Below, in pieces: positions 38,194-40,298 of a stretch of DNA of 40,298 nt. The stretch lies in the IMG/VR virus record IMGVR_UViG_3300027357_000001. One strand, given 5' to 3'. Position 1 is the stretch's first letter. Every line of letters starts with the position of its first letter. Position numbers and translations under genes: made by a program. The stretch comes from a virus. The notes under the pieces are model-generated. The model made no database searches. It worked only from the letters and a program-made list of their open reading frames with translations, and was not told the DNA's origin.

Positions 38194-38600
38194 ACCTGCG
38201 CGGCCAGGAGCGACAGGAATTCCCGCAGTCGGTCCGGAAGGCCGCGTTCGCGCGGTGCTGCCGGGAATGCGCTGTTCAGGGCGTCGAGAACATCCCAGGC
38301 GTCCCTCAGTGCGAGGGATGCGGCAACGTGCTGCGCGCCGGCGGCTTCATCTATGAGCATGACCAGGCGGACGGACTTGGCGGCGAGCCGACCGCGGCGA
38401 ACTGCAAAGTTCACTGCATGGTCTGCAAAAAGACGAAGGACAAGGCGGACAACGCCGTCATGCGCAAGGCCGATGCCGTACTAAAAAGCACCTATGGCCT
38501 CAAGCCGGCGAAGCGATCGAAGATCCGCAGTCGCGGGTTCGACCAGGCGCGCCCGCAGCGCACAGCATCATCACCGATCGAAAAATGGAGAGGATTTTAA
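38190..38600 (+). CDS. HNH endonuclease
   Basis: 136 aa. Cys pairs CCRECA and CEGCG, with YEHDQADGLGGEPTAANCKVHCMVCKKTK, give an H-N-H core with zinc-ligand cysteines. Confidence 0.75.
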   Translation: MNLRGQERQEFPQSVRKAAFARCCRECAVQGVENIPGVPQCEGCGNVLRAGGFIYEHDQADGLGGEPTAANCKVHCMVCKKTKDKADNAVMRKADAVLKSTYGLKPAKRSKIRSRGFDQARPQRTASSPIEKWRGF

Positions 38601-38864
38601 GTGGGGCGAACCCGAACCATTGAGCCAGGCGACATCACACCGGGGGAAGCGGCCAAGGTCATGGGACAGGATCTTGCGCAGTTCAAAGCGAGCTTGCCGG
38701 CGCTGCTCGATCGCGGATTCCCGCCGGCTGACCCGACGACCGGGAATTTCGCGCTCGATGCCATCATGGTTTGGCGCCGGACCCGCTTTCGGAGGCTGTT
38801 TCCGGAAGTCCCGGAGTTGACGGCCGCTCCGCGCCTGCGCGATGCTCGCGAGAAGCTAGGCTGA
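38601..38864 (+). CDS. Possible excisionase / small DNA-binding protein
   Basis: GTG at 38601 lies 8 nt downstream of GGAGAGG, 87 aa, immediately upstream of int. The call is by position only. Confidence 0.45.
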   Translation: MGRTRTIEPGDITPGEAAKVMGQDLAQFKASLPALLDRGFPPADPTTGNFALDAIMVWRRTRFRRLFPEVPELTAAPRLRDAREKLG

Positions 38865-38877
38865 GACCACGGCCGCC

Positions 38878-40248
38878 ATGGGGCGCGATAGCATCCGATA
38901 TTTCGTTTATTCGAAAGGCCGCTGGAAATGGCAGCCAACCAAGCCCATGCGCGCCCATGGCTTCGTCACCGTGAAGATGGGTCGAGGCGGTCCCGGGCTG
39001 GACAGCAAGGGCTATCCGGTCGCGAGCACCGAGGACAAAATGCGGGCGGTGGAGTTGAACGCGGCATGGGACGCCGCGCGCCTTGGCCTTCCTGCCCCAC
39101 AGAAGCCCGCAGCGACGGCCGTCAAATATCCGGCCGGGAGCGTTGGCGACGGCTATCAGCGCGCCATGGCGCTCCGGAAGGCCGGCAGACTGGCAAAAGG
39201 CATCGTCTGGACCAACGAGCAGGAAAAGCGCGATAGCTGGCCGCGCGCGTGGAAGTGGCTGGAGCCGAAATTCGCGGACTGCGATCCGCGCACGATCACG
39301 CCGGAGCATTTTCTTCGCCTTGATCCAGTGACCGGCAAACCGGCCGGGCTCGTTGTCGAGATCGAAAACAAGGTTTCCGTCACCGAGCGCTTCATGGTGA
39401 TCAAGGTGTGGCGGGCGCTGTGGAAGAAGATGGCAGGCATGGGGTATTGCGACGAGAAGGCAGACCCCGCCAAGACCTTCCCGAACACGCCGCCGAAGCC
39501 GCGCGATCAGGTCTGGTACCGGAAGGAGACATTGAAGCTCGTACAGATCGCGTGGCGGAATGGCTACTACGGCCTCTCCGCGCTCATGGCCGTTGCGTGG
39601 GACAGCCAGCTCTCGCCGATCGACACGCGAAGCCTCAACCTCGAGAAAGCACGCCTCGATAGCGTCGGCGTCTATTTCGCGCTGGACCGCGCCAAGACCG
39701 GCAGAGCGGCAGCGGCGACGCTTTCGGCCTGGTCACTGGCGATCCTGCGCGCCTATCTCAAGAAGCAATTCAACGGCGCGAAGCTGCTCGACACAACGCC
39801 CCTATTCTGGACCCGCGGCGGCCGGCCGGTGTCCCGAGATGGAACGACGGGACGGTGGGGCGGCGACCACGGCGGCGGCAAGCATGTCCCGTCGCGCCCA
39901 TACACGAAGAGTAGCGCGAACCAGGACTTTGCGGAGATACGGAAGCTGGCCTATGGGCTCAAGGAACGGCGCCAACTCCAGGACATGCGCCGATCGGGCG
40001 CCGTTGAGGGCGACGTCGGCGGGGCCACGGTCGAGGACCAAGCCAACAAGATGGCGAACACGGTCAATCGCAATGAGAAGCTGCGGGAGACCTATAACCC
40101 GGTGAACGTCGTTAGCGCCCGCCGCTTCGACCAAGCGCGCCTCATCGGGGCCAAGCTGCTGGAAGAACAAAAAGGGGCAAAAAGTATTTCAGCGACGCCC
40201 CAAGAAATACTCTTGGGAACCGAAACTTTCGCTAAGTCATTGAAATGA
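38878..40248 (+). CDS. int: Tyrosine-type site-specific integrase
   Basis: 456 aa. Catalytic-domain landmarks: DRAKTGRAAAATLS, QDMRRSGAVE and the C-terminal RETYNP (candidate Tyr). Its stop codon TGA (40246-40248) overlaps the first base of the att repeat. Confidence 0.85.
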   Translation: MGRDSIRYFVYSKGRWKWQPTKPMRAHGFVTVKMGRGGPGLDSKGYPVASTEDKMRAVELNAAWDAARLGLPAPQKPAATAVKYPAGSVGDGYQRAMALRKAGRLAKGIVWTNEQEKRDSWPRAWKWLEPKFADCDPRTITPEHFLRLDPVTGKPAGLVVEIENKVSVTERFMVIKVWRALWKKMAGMGYCDEKADPAKTFPNTPPKPRDQVWYRKETLKLVQIAWRNGYYGLSALMAVAWDSQLSPIDTRSLNLEKARLDSVGVYFALDRAKTGRAAAATLSAWSLAILRAYLKKQFNGAKLLDTTPLFWTRGGRPVSRDGTTGRWGGDHGGGKHVPSRPYTKSSANQDFAEIRKLAYGLKERRQLQDMRRSGAVEGDVGGATVEDQANKMANTVNRNEKLRETYNPVNVVSARRFDQARLIGAKLLEEQKGAKSISATPQEILLGTETFAKSLK

Positions 40249-40298
40249 CTGGCGCGAGAGACGGGACTCGAACCCGCGGCCTCCGCCGTGACAGGGCG
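40248..40298. repeat. Right att direct repeat (integrase-proximal junction)
   Basis: Identical to 1-51. It is truncated by the window edge, so the true repeat could be longer. Confidence 0.85.
40250..40298 (-). tRNA. 3' 49 nt of tRNA-Asp(GUC); the gene continues beyond the window
   Basis: The reverse complement reads CGCC-CTGTCAC-GGCGG-AGGCC-GCGGG-TTCGAGT-CCCGT-CTCTCGC-G-CCA. This gives an anticodon loop CU-GUC-AC, a 5-nt variable loop, a T arm, a 7-nt acceptor strand, discriminator G and encoded CCA. It is closely parallel to E. coli tRNA-Asp. Confidence 0.75.

Larger units (their letters stand above)
1..40298. mobile_element. Integrated temperate phage (prophage), about 40.2 kb, podovirus-like gene order, bounded by att direct repeats
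   Basis: Identical 51-nt direct repeats at both window ends. A tyrosine integrase abuts the right repeat. Complete immunity, recombination, replication/modification, packaging, head, ejection, fibre and lysis modules lie between the repeats. Confidence 0.9.

Overview
This GC-rich window (roughly 63-65 % GC by eye) is essentially one complete integrated temperate phage of about 40.2 kb. It is bounded by identical 51-nt direct repeats at 1-51 and 40248-40298. The repeats are the 3' 49 nt of a minus-strand tRNA-Asp(GUC) plus 2 nt. The intact tRNA gene appears to run off the right edge of the window. Layout from left to right: (i) a small plus-strand accessory island (143-1488), closed off by a terminator; (ii) a roughly 25-kb minus-strand late block; (iii) a minus-strand early block; (iv) a divergent Cro-like/CI-like immunity switch; (v) a plus-strand early-left operon ending in a tyrosine integrase next to the right att repeat. 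The late block, read in transcription order, holds the packaging region (winged-helix regulator, metallopeptidase, PBSX-type large terminase), P22-like portal, scaffold, N4-gp56-like capsid, adaptor/nozzle, large ejection proteins, a separate lytic transglycosylase, a collar-domain fibre, and a holin / SAR-endolysin / spanin lysis cassette. There is no sheath, tube or tape-measure gene, so the gene order is podovirus-like. The early block holds a replisome organiser, a DnaA-domain-IV-like protein, a C5-cytosine methyltransferase and a DpdA-like DNA transglycosylase. The early-left operon holds a pentapeptide-repeat protein, an ERF annealase, a YqaJ exonuclease, NinB, an HNH nuclease and a possible excisionase. 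Points most worth follow-up: the DpdA-like + Dcm DNA-modification pair with no deazaguanine biosynthesis genes on the phage; a plus-strand tRNA-like gene with an aberrant 43-nt central domain between terminase and portal; a strongly over-represented AT-rich palindrome GAAACGTTTC, with an iteron-like cluster inside the replication gene; a nucleotide-perfect 23 x 15-bp in-frame tandem array in the pentapeptide-repeat gene; a secreted SGNH esterase moron on the opposite strand; and several coupled small membrane ORFs below the 60-aa cutoff of the ORF track. All functional calls rest on motif recognition by eye. No database search was run.
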